DNA of 64,000 nucleotides, taken from the NCBI GenBank assembly GCA_037131125.1, contig JBAXRR010000002.1:21605-85604 (forward strand). The letters run 5' to 3'. Below the pieces are notes generated by a model. It was not told where the DNA came from. It did no database searches and saw only the letters and a list, made by a program, of their open reading frames with translations. This DNA comes from a bacterium (GTDB taxonomy: Bacteria; Patescibacteriota; Dojkabacteria; GCA-016699595; JBAXKR01). The stretch's first letter is position 1, and each line of letters starts with the position of its first letter. Positions 9,026 through 19,000 of this stretch are shown here, one piece after another. The position numbers and the translations under genes are program-made.

Positions 9026-10492
9026 CTACTTATTTTTCTTGTTTGTTGGAACTACCTTTGAAACAGCCTGATCCTTATGCTCATTCATCACTTTATTTTC
9101 TCTCTTTTCCTGTCTTCTTTCTTTTCTTGTTAAAGTATTTCCTTTATTTGATCTCTCATACTTCTCAGATTTCTCATCTTGAGAAGGTTTTTCTGACTTT
9201 ACAGTCTTCCCCCCTTTTACTGACTTCACTCTATTACATTTTATCTCTTCTAAAGACAAGAATACGAAAGCCAAGACCAAAAGTGGAAGCATGCTTATAG
9301 GCATTAAGATAGAGTGTAAGAATCCGAATAGAATAAAGTAGAGATATACTTCAGTATGCTTTGGAAGACACTTAATAACTCTATATACCATTAGACCTAC
9401 TAAAGATGTAAGAGCTAAAAGTGGTAGTACTCCAAAATTAAGTCCAACATGCTTCATGAAAGTATTTGTAAGTGGATTTCCAAAGTCTACAGATGATCCA
9501 AATACATTCTTAAGTGTGTTTCCAGTATTAAAGTTTGACCAGAATGATGAGAACTCACTTCCTACATAACCAATATTCAATTTACTTAAGAGTAAGTAGA
9601 CACCTGCAATAGTAAGTACGACCACAACTAAGATTATTGCTATGTTAATTCCAAAACTTACATATCTCTTATCTTTTATTGAATTAACTGTTGATTTAAT
9701 AAATTCAATAATCTTCTTGTAGTTAAGAACAATCTCAATTACTAAAAGAACAATTGAAAGAAGTGCTACAACCCATGAAGTTGCAGATCCACCCATACTT
9801 GAAGAAAGGAGGAATAAAGAACTTATGAGAAGTGCGTATGAAAGTATTTTGAAATATATCTTCATCTTAAGTTTAAGAAGAAGATAGAACATACCGATTG
9901 CTACCATATATACTGCAAAGTTTAATCCGCTAATTGCCGCAACTTGTTTGGTAGAGGTTTGAAGTGCAACTATTAATGCTTGAATTACATAAAACATATC
10001 TAGAATTACTTTCAGTGAAACAAAGAAGTATCCTATCCCAAGTACAACTTTTAGCGCTTTCGCAGAATAGTTTCTTAAGAAGAATAGTAAAGCTAGAACT
10101 ACAGATAATAATGACGTATAGCTTATCACTCCATAGAGTCCATCTGTTGTATTCTTAGTACCAAGACTAATAAATCTTGAGATACCAAATATGACTAAAG
10201 TGGAAAGTAGAAGTATTTCAGATATCTTTAATTTATCTACACCATATCTAATTCCCATGACAATTCTAAGAACTCCAAATACCAACATTAGGACAGATAA
10301 GAATAAAAATACACTTGCAGAAATTGCAACAATACCAAAGTAGGATAACATGGAAAGTGCTGCAAATAGGACAAGTATCGACTTAACTAACCAAGAGAAT
10401 ATGAATAATTCAAACGAGTTATATCTTTTCTCTAGAACCTCATCAAATGTAAATACATTCTTTCCTTGAACTGTAAATGAGATTTTTGACAT
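9026..10492 (-). CDS. Polytopic integral membrane protein with at least 10 predicted TM helices and a Lys/Glu/Arg-rich C-terminal tail. Function unknown; possibly a second GT-C-like or ligase-like envelope protein.
   Basis: 488-aa ORF. It ends 14 nt upstream of the GT39 gene on the same strand, so the two are probably one operon. No diagnostic motif was recognised. Confidence 0.5.
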   Translation of the reverse strand: MSKISFTVQGKNVFTFDEVLEKRYNSFELFIFSWLVKSILVLFAALSMLSYFGIVAISASVFLFLSVLMLVFGVLRIVMGIRYGVDKLKISEILLLSTLVIFGISRFISLGTKNTTDGLYGVISYTSLLSVVLALLFFLRNYSAKALKVVLGIGYFFVSLKVILDMFYVIQALIVALQTSTKQVAAISGLNFAVYMVAIGMFYLLLKLKMKIYFKILSYALLISSLFLLSSSMGGSATSWVVALLSIVLLVIEIVLNYKKIIEFIKSTVNSIKDKRYVSFGINIAIILVVVVLTIAGVYLLLSKLNIGYVGSEFSSFWSNFNTGNTLKNVFGSSVDFGNPLTNTFMKHVGLNFGVLPLLALTSLVGLMVYRVIKCLPKHTEVYLYFILFGFLHSILMPISMLPLLVLAFVFLSLEEIKCNRVKSVKGGKTVKSEKPSQDEKSEKYERSNKGNTLTRKERRQEKRENKVMNEHKDQAVSKVVPTNKKNK

Positions 10493-10553
10493 GGTTTCTG
10501 TTAAAATTTAAATAAACTAGCGATTGGCTGGATTTAATCACAAATTAAAAACA

Positions 10554-11468
10554 ATGGCAAATATAATTGATGGACGAAAACTAAGCGAGGATATAAAAAA
10601 TAAAATAATTGAAGATAAGAGATTTTTACCTCTTAACCCAGAAAGTTTTGTAGGAATTATCCAGTTTGGTGAAAATGCTTCAAGTGACATATATATAAGA
10701 AATAAAATTAAATTTGGTGAAGGACTTAATATTAAAGTTAAACTCTTTAAGTTTGGTTACAAAGAAGATACAAACGAGGATCCTAAAAGTTTCGATGAAA
10801 TTAAAAAGAAGATTGAAGAATTGAATAATGACAAAAACTGTCTTGGTATGATAATCCAAGCTCCCCTTCCAAGTAAATTTACATACGATATAACGGAACT
10901 ATGCGACATTATCAATCCCCTAAAAGATTTAGATGCAATGTCCTCTGTTAATCTTGGAAGAATAAGTAATAACTCAACACTAGTATTACCTGCAACTGTA
11001 AAAGCTGTCGTTAAAATACTTGATCAAATTGCAAATAAAGAATCTCATAACAACACAGTAGATTTCTTAAGAGGAAAAAATATTGTCGTGATTAATAATT
11101 CAATAATACTTGGGAAACCCTTAGCTAGTTATTTACTTAATCATGAGGCAACAGTTACTGTCTGTCATAGCCATACAAAAGATTTATCCTACCATACTGT
11201 TGATTCAGATATAGTCATAACTGGTACAGGTGTTAAAGGACTTATAAAAACAGACATGATCAAAGAAGGTGCAATTGTAATAGATTGTGGAATAACAAAA
11301 GATCCAAATAACACAGATCCAACCAAAGCAAATAAAATATATGGAGATGTTGAATACGAGGAAATTGAAAAGAAGGCTTCTTATATCACTCCTGTTCCAG
11401 GAGGAGTAGGACCTATGACAGTCGCATGTCTTTTTGACAATTTATTTGATTTGAACCTCAAGAAATGA
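10554..11468 (+). CDS. folD: Bifunctional methylenetetrahydrofolate dehydrogenase/cyclohydrolase.
   Basis: MANIIDGRKLSEDIKNKII start; PVPGGVGPMTVACLFDN near the C-terminus. The ORF-track start at 10524 is a TTG; the ATG at 10554 fits the canonical FolD N-terminus. Confidence 0.85.
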   Translation: MANIIDGRKLSEDIKNKIIEDKRFLPLNPESFVGIIQFGENASSDIYIRNKIKFGEGLNIKVKLFKFGYKEDTNEDPKSFDEIKKKIEELNNDKNCLGMIIQAPLPSKFTYDITELCDIINPLKDLDAMSSVNLGRISNNSTLVLPATVKAVVKILDQIANKESHNNTVDFLRGKNIVVINNSIILGKPLASYLLNHEATVTVCHSHTKDLSYHTVDSDIVITGTGVKGLIKTDMIKEGAIVIDCGITKDPNNTDPTKANKIYGDVEYEEIEKKASYITPVPGGVGPMTVACLFDNLFDLNLKK

Positions 11469-11518
11469 TTTAACTAGATTTATTAAAACATTTAATTACT
11501 TAATAATATATAAATCTA

Positions 11519-12676
11519 ATGTTAAACCAACTAGATCCTAAAATTTTCGATTTAATTTCAAAAGAAGAAGCAAGACAAAAAGAAACAATTAGTCTAATCC
11601 CATCTGAATCTGAATGTTATGATGAGATAAAAGAGATTATGGCAAGTTCTCTTAATAATAAATATTCAGAAGGATACCCCTTTAAAAGATATTACAATGG
11701 AAACAAATTCATAGATGAAATTGAACAAGAAGCAATAGACAGAACTAAGGAAGTATTTAAGTCTAACTTTGCGAATGTTCAAGCATATTCAGGTTCCCCT
11801 GCTAACCAAGCAATATATATGGCATTAATTAATCCCGGAGATAAAGTTCTAGGTTTCGATCTTGGTTCAGGAGGACATCTTACACATGGTGCTAAGGTTA
11901 ACTTCAGTTCAAAGTACTATAGCTCAGAAACGTATGGAGTAAATAAAGAAACTGAACTTCTAGATTATGATGAAATACAAAGAATTGCAGAAATAAGTAA
12001 GCCTAAATTAATAGTTTGTGGTACTACAGCATATTCTAGAAAGTTAGATTTTAAGAAATTTTCTGAAATTGCAAAATCTGTAGGTGCATATCTATTAGCA
12101 GATATTTCACATATCACGGCGCTTGTTGTTACAGGAGAACATGAATCTCCAGTTGGGCTCGCTGATGCAGTCATGACAACAACACATAAAAGTTTACGAG
12201 GACCAAGAGGTGCAGTAATACTTTCTAACGATGAAGAGATTGCAAAGAAAATAGATAAAGCAGTATTTCCTGGACTTCAAGGAGGACCACATAATGCAAC
12301 AACAGCAGCTATTGCGTTTGCTATGAAGATGGCAATGACAGATGAATTTAAAGAGTATGGAAAGAAAATAATTGAGAATAGAATAATTCTTGAAGAAATA
12401 CTTAAAAAGAATAACTTTAGACTCGTAAGTGGTGGATCAGATAATCATCTTCTTGTAATAGATTTAAGAGATAAAAATATTTCTGGGAAAGATGCTGCAA
12501 ATAAACTTGAAGAACTTGGAATTATTGTTAATGCAAACTCAATTCCTTATGATCCTAACCCACCATTTAAACCAAGTGGAATTAGAATTGGAACTCCAAT
12601 TATTTCTGCAAGAAAGTACTCAGTTGAAAAGGTAGCAGAGATTGGAAACCTAATTTCATCCAGCTTGATCAATTAA
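11519..12676 (+). CDS. glyA: Serine hydroxymethyltransferase.
   Basis: GGHLTHG and TTTHKSLRGPRG (PLP-lysine region) motifs. Typical SHMT N-terminus (DPKIFDLISKEEARQKE). Confidence 0.9.
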   Translation: MLNQLDPKIFDLISKEEARQKETISLIPSESECYDEIKEIMASSLNNKYSEGYPFKRYYNGNKFIDEIEQEAIDRTKEVFKSNFANVQAYSGSPANQAIYMALINPGDKVLGFDLGSGGHLTHGAKVNFSSKYYSSETYGVNKETELLDYDEIQRIAEISKPKLIVCGTTAYSRKLDFKKFSEIAKSVGAYLLADISHITALVVTGEHESPVGLADAVMTTTHKSLRGPRGAVILSNDEEIAKKIDKAVFPGLQGGPHNATTAAIAFAMKMAMTDEFKEYGKKIIENRIILEEILKKNNFRLVSGGSDNHLLVIDLRDKNISGKDAANKLEELGIIVNANSIPYDPNPPFKPSGIRIGTPIISARKYSVEKVAEIGNLISSSLIN

Positions 12677-15600
12677 ATCGTGAATAGCATTCAGCACTTC
12701 ATAAAATTTATCGTTTCTAATATAAGGAAGAGAGCTGTTATTACCCAAAAGCTCTGAAGTCTTATCTCTTAATATCTGCAAAGTCTCTTTATCAAGTGTG
12801 GAAAGATTTCGGTTTTGTCTTTCACTGGATAAATATTTTCCCCAAGATTTAATAAGTTTCACATAGATTTTCATTTGCACTTTCTGTTCAAAACTTACTT
12901 CAGAAAGGAATTGACTTGTTCCTGGAGTATTAACAGAATTAACTTCAAAATACTTTTTATATCTCTCCTTTGTAACCTTGCAGATTTCTACCAATCTTAA
13001 TGACATTTCCAAAATAAAGTTTAAATCTCCCTTTTTTACAGACTGATCGAGTAATCCATCAAGTTGTTTTTCAAATCCCTTCTTTGGTAATGTTCCACTA
13101 AGTTCTCCTAATAATCCCTGACCTAAAGATATGTACTGTCCGAATTGATTACTAGAATATTGATCAAGGCTATCTAGTACATCTTTTGCTTCCGCATCAG
13201 ATAATTTTTCCACTTGTCCACCAGCTTCAGCAATTTTCATTCCTTTAAAAAATGAATCAGCTAAATTTGCATCTTGTTTGAAAGCATAAGTCTTTTTCCC
13301 ATCCTTTCCATCTATCACGTCAAAAAATAAATCATTAGAATGATTTAATCCGACTTCATTAACTTCAGGTCTATTTTTCAGATTATTTTCACTACTTACT
13401 GAAGTTTCAAGTTCAGTTAAAATCGAATCAACTTTTGATGTTACTGGTTCCAACTGACTCATATCGGATACTCCACTTTTAACCATTTCATCAAACTGTT
13501 TGAGCTGTTCTAAAAGATCTACTGTAGCTTTTCCTCGTGCAGTAACTTTCTTATTTCCCGCTTCATCAAGAAATGACCAGTATTTTTCTACTTCTTTATC
13601 CGAAAGATCTCCTAAGACATGATCACGATCTGATGTTAATACAGTAGTAATATAGTGAACCAAAAGTGGTCTATAGTAACTACTTAAATATTCATCCAAA
13701 TGAAAAAGATATTCTCTTCCACTAAGATTAGAAGTATCCCAATTTGAATGATTGATTACATATGATCTCAAACTTCGAGTTATGTACTCAGTGTCAAAGA
13801 ACTGTAATAGAGGCAATATTACATATTCGCCTAAAAATTTTGTTTCTCCTTCAGAGCGAATTAAGTCAGTTGAGTTCCTATACTTCATATATTTTAACAA
13901 AAAACCTCTTACGCCTGCCTCACCAACTGTGTCTAGAATAGATCCATCCACTGCACTTTTTTGTGCAACAAAAGAAATAACTAGATCCCCAATATCATCA
14001 TAGTTACTTCCAACTCTTTGCTGAATAGTTGAGATCACATTACAGAAAGCAGACACAGGAACATTCAAAAGTTTTGAGAAAGTCTCTAGCGATATATATT
14101 CTGGACACATTTCAGTTTTTGTTATCTGTCCATCATTGTTCGTAAGATATCCCTCATTAATTAGTGAATTTACTAACTGTTCCTTAAAACTAACTGCCTC
14201 ATCACCATGATAAATCTCTTTTAAAAACCCTTTGTAAAGAGAATCTTCAGAAGAATCCATTTTTTCTTCAGATTTAAATGACCACTTTATGAAACCCTCA
14301 ACAGATAATAAAATACCTTCGCTGTGATCTAATATAAATTCTGGTTTGTTCCAATATGTAAGTAAGTTTGTAAACTCCCCTTCAGCTTCTTCGAACTCTG
14401 GAAGTCTTCCTTGATGTTTTTTAAGATATTCAAACACATATTCTCTTAAAAATTGAGGAGTCAGTATATTTACAACTTCTCTAAATCCTGCTGATCTTCC
14501 AAGCCTTTGAAACATTAGTAAATCAATTGCAGGAAATGTCCCTAAAGAAAACTCTGATTGTTTAGTTGCTACTTCGTAAAGATCAGATAGATCTGATGTT
14601 TCACCTAATATTAGTCCATCTAATTTGATTCTACTTTTTTCTCTAGAAAATTCAGGGACTTCAAAACCTAGACTCATTGCACCTTTCCTCATTTCTTCAT
14701 AGTATTTAGCTGATGATTTATCATTCAACAAACTTAAATACCATAGATTCGAACTATTTATATCATTAGCACCATTTCTCCAGCTAAAAGGAAACCCTTC
14801 GACATCGTATTTACCTGGGAAGAAACTTTTCGCTTCTTTCGTTACCCTTGCTTTCATGGGAGTAGGTTCTACAATTGCAGACAAAAACATGTGTGGTTCT
14901 TCACTTAAAGAATTTCTCCAAATATTTTTATAAGGAGCTTTTTCCGCTTCATTCATGTAAGAAGTAATAAATAGATGGCCAAGTACAAAACCTAACCTTA
15001 GTGTTGATTCAGAATTAGTTTTATATAAATGTTTATCTAAATAATTTCCTAGTTGTTCAATCTGAATTAAAGGCTGTTCTCTTACATATTTTACAACTTC
15101 ATTAATACTCATTATGTTGCTCCTAAGTATACTGTTTAAAGAGTTGTAATTATATACGTATTCTCCTCCCTCTACATTTCTTATTGCAGATAATTTTGTA
15201 TTTGGATCCATCCTTTTCAAAGCCTTAAGATCTGAGACTTTATAGTAACTAGTATAGAGATAACTATCTTCATCTCTAGGCTCAATTTCCAAAGCTTTTG
15301 CTATACTTTCAAAAGAGTATATAAATTCACCAACAGTTCTAGGTTCAAAAAGATCACCTTTAATCCAATCTGCTAAGAATTTAATCCTATTCTTACCTAT
15401 CTGCATTTCGCATCCACTAACTAATAATCCTAATAAAAGACGAATATCAATGTCTGATGTTAATTTTCCATCTCTTTCCCCTTTCTTTTCTTTAGATTCA
15501 TTAAACTCTGCTTTACTTGTGAAAGTATAAGACCAGTAATCACTTAGCCTTGTCCTCTTTGTTTTTCCTTCTGTTTTCTTTCCTGACCTATCATTTCCTA

Positions 15601-15769
15601 CTGCTTTTATTTTATCTACTGCATTTTTTATTTCTTTTTTCACATTTGGTCTGGAATCAACTGTAGTTGAAGGACTGCTAATACTAGGAGTTCTCAGCTT
15701 TGAACCTACTGGTGAAACGTCATTAGTTTCTTTAGGGGAGTAAGGCACAACTCCATTTTCATTACTCAT
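12656..15769 (-). CDS. Large hypothetical cytoplasmic protein (1037 aa). No TM segment and no recognisable enzymatic motif.
   Basis: Uninterrupted 3.1-kb ORF with coding-like composition. Its 3' end overlaps the glyA 3' end by 21 nt, convergently. No Walker A motif was found. Confidence 0.55.
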   Translation of the reverse strand: MSNENGVVPYSPKETNDVSPVGSKLRTPSISSPSTTVDSRPNVKKEIKNAVDKIKAVGNDRSGKKTEGKTKRTRLSDYWSYTFTSKAEFNESKEKKGERDGKLTSDIDIRLLLGLLVSGCEMQIGKNRIKFLADWIKGDLFEPRTVGEFIYSFESIAKALEIEPRDEDSYLYTSYYKVSDLKALKRMDPNTKLSAIRNVEGGEYVYNYNSLNSILRSNIMSINEVVKYVREQPLIQIEQLGNYLDKHLYKTNSESTLRLGFVLGHLFITSYMNEAEKAPYKNIWRNSLSEEPHMFLSAIVEPTPMKARVTKEAKSFFPGKYDVEGFPFSWRNGANDINSSNLWYLSLLNDKSSAKYYEEMRKGAMSLGFEVPEFSREKSRIKLDGLILGETSDLSDLYEVATKQSEFSLGTFPAIDLLMFQRLGRSAGFREVVNILTPQFLREYVFEYLKKHQGRLPEFEEAEGEFTNLLTYWNKPEFILDHSEGILLSVEGFIKWSFKSEEKMDSSEDSLYKGFLKEIYHGDEAVSFKEQLVNSLINEGYLTNNDGQITKTEMCPEYISLETFSKLLNVPVSAFCNVISTIQQRVGSNYDDIGDLVISFVAQKSAVDGSILDTVGEAGVRGFLLKYMKYRNSTDLIRSEGETKFLGEYVILPLLQFFDTEYITRSLRSYVINHSNWDTSNLSGREYLFHLDEYLSSYYRPLLVHYITTVLTSDRDHVLGDLSDKEVEKYWSFLDEAGNKKVTARGKATVDLLEQLKQFDEMVKSGVSDMSQLEPVTSKVDSILTELETSVSSENNLKNRPEVNEVGLNHSNDLFFDVIDGKDGKKTYAFKQDANLADSFFKGMKIAEAGGQVEKLSDAEAKDVLDSLDQYSSNQFGQYISLGQGLLGELSGTLPKKGFEKQLDGLLDQSVKKGDLNFILEMSLRLVEICKVTKERYKKYFEVNSVNTPGTSQFLSEVSFEQKVQMKIYVKLIKSWGKYLSSERQNRNLSTLDKETLQILRDKTSELLGNNSSLPYIRNDKFYEVLNAIHDLIDQAG

Positions 15770-15797
15770 ATATTTTTACTAATTAATAATCCTATTA

Positions 15798-16142
15798 TTA
15801 TTTTATACTCTTTCCACCAATTTTACTCTGTAAATTCTTTAGCTTGTTTATAGCAAATACTGCTATTACTGTAATTATTAAAGCATACAAGGCTTGTCCA
15901 AAGATAAGTCCTGCTGTTTGAAATTGAACAAAGAGAACTTTTTGAAAGAAAGTAATTATTAAATCATTCCATGCAAGGGAAGCTGCAAGTGTAAGTGCTG
16001 AAGTAACAAACGCTAAAGTTGTATTTAAAGTATCTCTTGCATCAGATAATGCTGCTTCTAACGTGCTTATCTTTCCATCATGATTAATATCAGTTGGGAG
16101 ATTTTCAGTAAGAGGTTTTTCAATCTTTGTAATTTTATCCAT
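15798..16142 (-). CDS. Small hypothetical protein with a C-terminal TM helix.
   Basis: 114-aa ORF directly upstream of the 1037-aa gene on the same strand. Hydrophobic C-terminal segment LIITVIAVFAI. Confidence 0.4.
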   Translation of the reverse strand: MDKITKIEKPLTENLPTDINHDGKISTLEAALSDARDTLNTTLAFVTSALTLAASLAWNDLIITFFQKVLFVQFQTAGLIFGQALYALIITVIAVFAINKLKNLQSKIGGKSIK

Positions 16143-16176
16143 GAGAAGTAGATACTAATATATTTACATATTAATA

Positions 16177-16950
16177 TCACTTTTCACCACATCCAGGAAG
16201 AGCAATAAAAAGTGGGTTAGTTGAATCCTCTGCTCTTTTGCATCTATCTTCCTGATTAGTCTTAGTTTTACTGTCTGAATCTAAAAAGTTAGATGGCTTA
16301 TGTGTAGGAGATGTAACGTTCCAAATCCCAACTATTGTTAAGTAAAGAACAAAGTTAAATACAAATAATGAGAAGATAGTTTTTAATAAAGAGTTACCCA
16401 AAAATATTCTCATTCTTGCAATAATACTTAGCTTTTCTTTTGAAACATCGGCTACTTTATCTACTTGGAAGCTATCTTTCAAAGATGGCCACATCCAAAA
16501 ACCCACACCAAGTCCGAATAGTGTTCCAGTTATCATTCGGAATAAGTCGTTACTTTCGTAAAATTGAGCAACATTTTTTCCCGCATCTAGTATCTCAGCT
16601 ATTGTTTGAATTCCACCATCCAATGCTATTGGTATTGTAAGAAGAATAACAAAATACCACTTCAAAGATTTAATATTTGTATACTTTGTTACTAGAAGTG
16701 AAAGAAGTAGGGATAAATATATAAATGTATCTCTTACACACCAGGCGTATTGGAAATCAAATATGTGTATACTTCTCCATGCTCTTTGATGACAAAAATA
16801 TGAATATACAGAATATATTGCAGATGAAATTCCAGTAAGACCAAAGTGAGCAGCTAATGGAGCCAATATAGGCAAAAGATTAAGAACAATTAAAAATGTC
16901 AAAAACAAATTTAAAATGTTTCTTTCAATGAAATTAAATGCCTTATTCAT
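16177..16950 (-). CDS. Polytopic membrane protein, DUF2085-like.
   Basis: 257 aa, about 6 TM helices. The conserved-looking CHQRAWRSIHIFDFQYAWCVRD segment resembles the DUF2085 CxxR...C signature. The domain assignment is from memory. Confidence 0.45.
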   Translation of the reverse strand: MNKAFNFIERNILNLFLTFLIVLNLLPILAPLAAHFGLTGISSAIYSVYSYFCHQRAWRSIHIFDFQYAWCVRDTFIYLSLLLSLLVTKYTNIKSLKWYFVILLTIPIALDGGIQTIAEILDAGKNVAQFYESNDLFRMITGTLFGLGVGFWMWPSLKDSFQVDKVADVSKEKLSIIARMRIFLGNSLLKTIFSLFVFNFVLYLTIVGIWNVTSPTHKPSNFLDSDSKTKTNQEDRCKRAEDSTNPLFIALPGCGEK

Positions 16951-17038
16951 ATGCCGAATATTTTAGCACAGAGTTTAACTTACCAACTAACAAAAATACC
17001 TTAATTGAACATTTTTCCACTTTAGTGATAAAATTCTC

Positions 17039-17332
17039 TTGATAAGATTAAATATTATGAGGTTTAAAATGGGAAGTTTAATATTCTGGATTCTTTTTGG
17101 GGGCTTAGTTGGTTGGATTGCAAATCTGCTTGTTTATAAAAAATCTGGTGGTTGTTTAACTAACGTAATAGTAGGTATAGTTGGAAGTATCGTTGGTGGG
17201 TTAATTTACGGTTTCTTAACAAGACAAAGTGTAAATTTAAGTGATTTTAGTCTTGATGTACCTTCCCTCATAATCTCAGTACTCGGAGCAATAATTCTTC
17301 TTGGAATTATTAACTTCGCAAGAAGGAAGTAA
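17039..17332 (+). CDS. GlsB/YeaQ/YmgE-family stress-response membrane protein (transglycosylase-associated protein family).
   Basis: 97 aa with Gly-rich TM helices: LIFWILFGGLVGWIANLLV...NVIVGIVGSIVGGLIYGF. Confidence 0.7.
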   Translation: MIRLNIMRFKMGSLIFWILFGGLVGWIANLLVYKKSGGCLTNVIVGIVGSIVGGLIYGFLTRQSVNLSDFSLDVPSLIISVLGAIILLGIINFARRK

Positions 17333-17509
17333 TAAAAAGAAATATATATAAAGATTGCCATGAATAAAATTGAGGAAGTAAAAAACAATATACTCTTTCA
17401 TTCTTTAAACTTATTGCCTTGCTTCTTTTGTTGTTAGGCACAAGCCTAACTAAACACATACACTAAAACCTTCATATTTTCTGGTATCATTCATTATTCT
17501 AAATATTAA

Positions 17510-18970
17510 TTGACCTTTATGCTTAAGATTTACAATTCAGCAACAAAATACAAACAAGAATTTATTCCCATAATCCCCTTTCAAGTTAGGATGTATAACT
17601 GTGGACTTACAGTATATAGTTACGCACAAATTGGAAACTTAAGAGCATATACAATGGCAGATACAATAAGAAGAACTCTAGAATTTCTTGGATACGATGT
17701 TAAACAAGTAATGAACTTTACAGATGTAGGACATTTAACATTTACTGACGAAGAAAAGAAGAAGATGGGAGAAAGAGAGATAAATGATTCAGATAAGGGA
17801 CTAGATAGGATGGAAAAAGCTGCAAAGAGAGATGGGAAAACTGCATGGGAAGTTGCAGATTTTTACATCAAAGCTGCAATGGAAGATTTTAAAGATATGA
17901 ATTTCAAAGAACCTTTCAAAAGACCTAGAGCTACAGAGTACATAAACGAACAAATTGAAATGATAAAGACTCTTCTAGATAAAGGTTATGCATACATTAC
18001 TCCATCTGCAATCTTTTTTGACACTTCAAAAGATACTCACTATGGAGAACTAACAGGACAAAATCTTAATGATAAAAAAATTGGTGTTAGAGAAGCAGTT
18101 GAAGTAGATGAAAACAAGAAAAATCCTTCAGACTTTAGACTTTGGCAGTTAGATCAGAAGGATCACCAGATGCAATGGGATAGCCCATGGGGGAAAGGTT
18201 TTCCAGGTTGGCATATTGAATGTTCTGCAATGTCAAAAGCACTTCTTGGAGATACTATAGACATTCACACAGGTGGAATAGATAATCTTCCTGTTCATCA
18301 TGTTAATGAAACTGCACAATCTGAAGCAACTAATGGAGTTCCATTCGTGAACTTTTGGTACCACAATGAATTTCTAACAGTAGATGGAAAGAAAATGAGT
18401 AAAAGTTTAGGAAATGTATATTCACTTAAAGATATTAAAGATAAAGGATTTGATCCTATGGATCTTAGATACCTTTACTTCCTTGTTAACTTTAGAATGA
18501 AACAAAATTTCACTTTTGAAGCACTTGAACAAGCAAGAAATGCAAGACTTAAACTTCTAAATTTTATTCATTCTATGCCTAATGCTCAAAATGACATTAG
18601 TGAGATTAATGAAAAAGATTATGCACTTGATCCATATATGATTAAATTTAAGGAAGCTATTGAAGATAGTTTCAATATGCCAGAAGCAGTTGCAGTAGTT
18701 TGGGAAGTTGTAAAGTCAGATGCTAGTGAAAGAGATAAGGCAAGACTTCTCTACTCCTTTGATTTAGTTTTAGGTCTAAGGTTATTTGAAGAAAATAAAG
18801 TGGAAGATCCAGGTCCAACAATGAAACTCGAACAGTTAATTAGACAAAGAACAGAAGCTAAGAATAACAAAGATTACAAAAAAGCAGATGAACTTAGAGA
18901 GGAAGCAAAAGAACTGGGATATGAAATCTACGATGGAAAAGATGGAATGGGATATAGAAAGATAAATTAG
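17510..18970 (+). CDS. cysS: Cysteinyl-tRNA synthetase.
   Basis: MYNCGLTVYSYAQIGNLRAY in the HIGH region and KMSKSLGN. The N-terminus MLKIYNSATKYKQEF is CysS-like. The true start may be the second ATG at 17519. Confidence 0.9.
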   Translation: MTFMLKIYNSATKYKQEFIPIIPFQVRMYNCGLTVYSYAQIGNLRAYTMADTIRRTLEFLGYDVKQVMNFTDVGHLTFTDEEKKKMGEREINDSDKGLDRMEKAAKRDGKTAWEVADFYIKAAMEDFKDMNFKEPFKRPRATEYINEQIEMIKTLLDKGYAYITPSAIFFDTSKDTHYGELTGQNLNDKKIGVREAVEVDENKKNPSDFRLWQLDQKDHQMQWDSPWGKGFPGWHIECSAMSKALLGDTIDIHTGGIDNLPVHHVNETAQSEATNGVPFVNFWYHNEFLTVDGKKMSKSLGNVYSLKDIKDKGFDPMDLRYLYFLVNFRMKQNFTFEALEQARNARLKLLNFIHSMPNAQNDISEINEKDYALDPYMIKFKEAIEDSFNMPEAVAVVWEVVKSDASERDKARLLYSFDLVLGLRLFEENKVEDPGPTMKLEQLIRQRTEAKNNKDYKKADELREEAKELGYEIYDGKDGMGYRKIN

Positions 18971-19000
18971 GTGACTAGCTTTAGAAATTAAGTTAATAGT

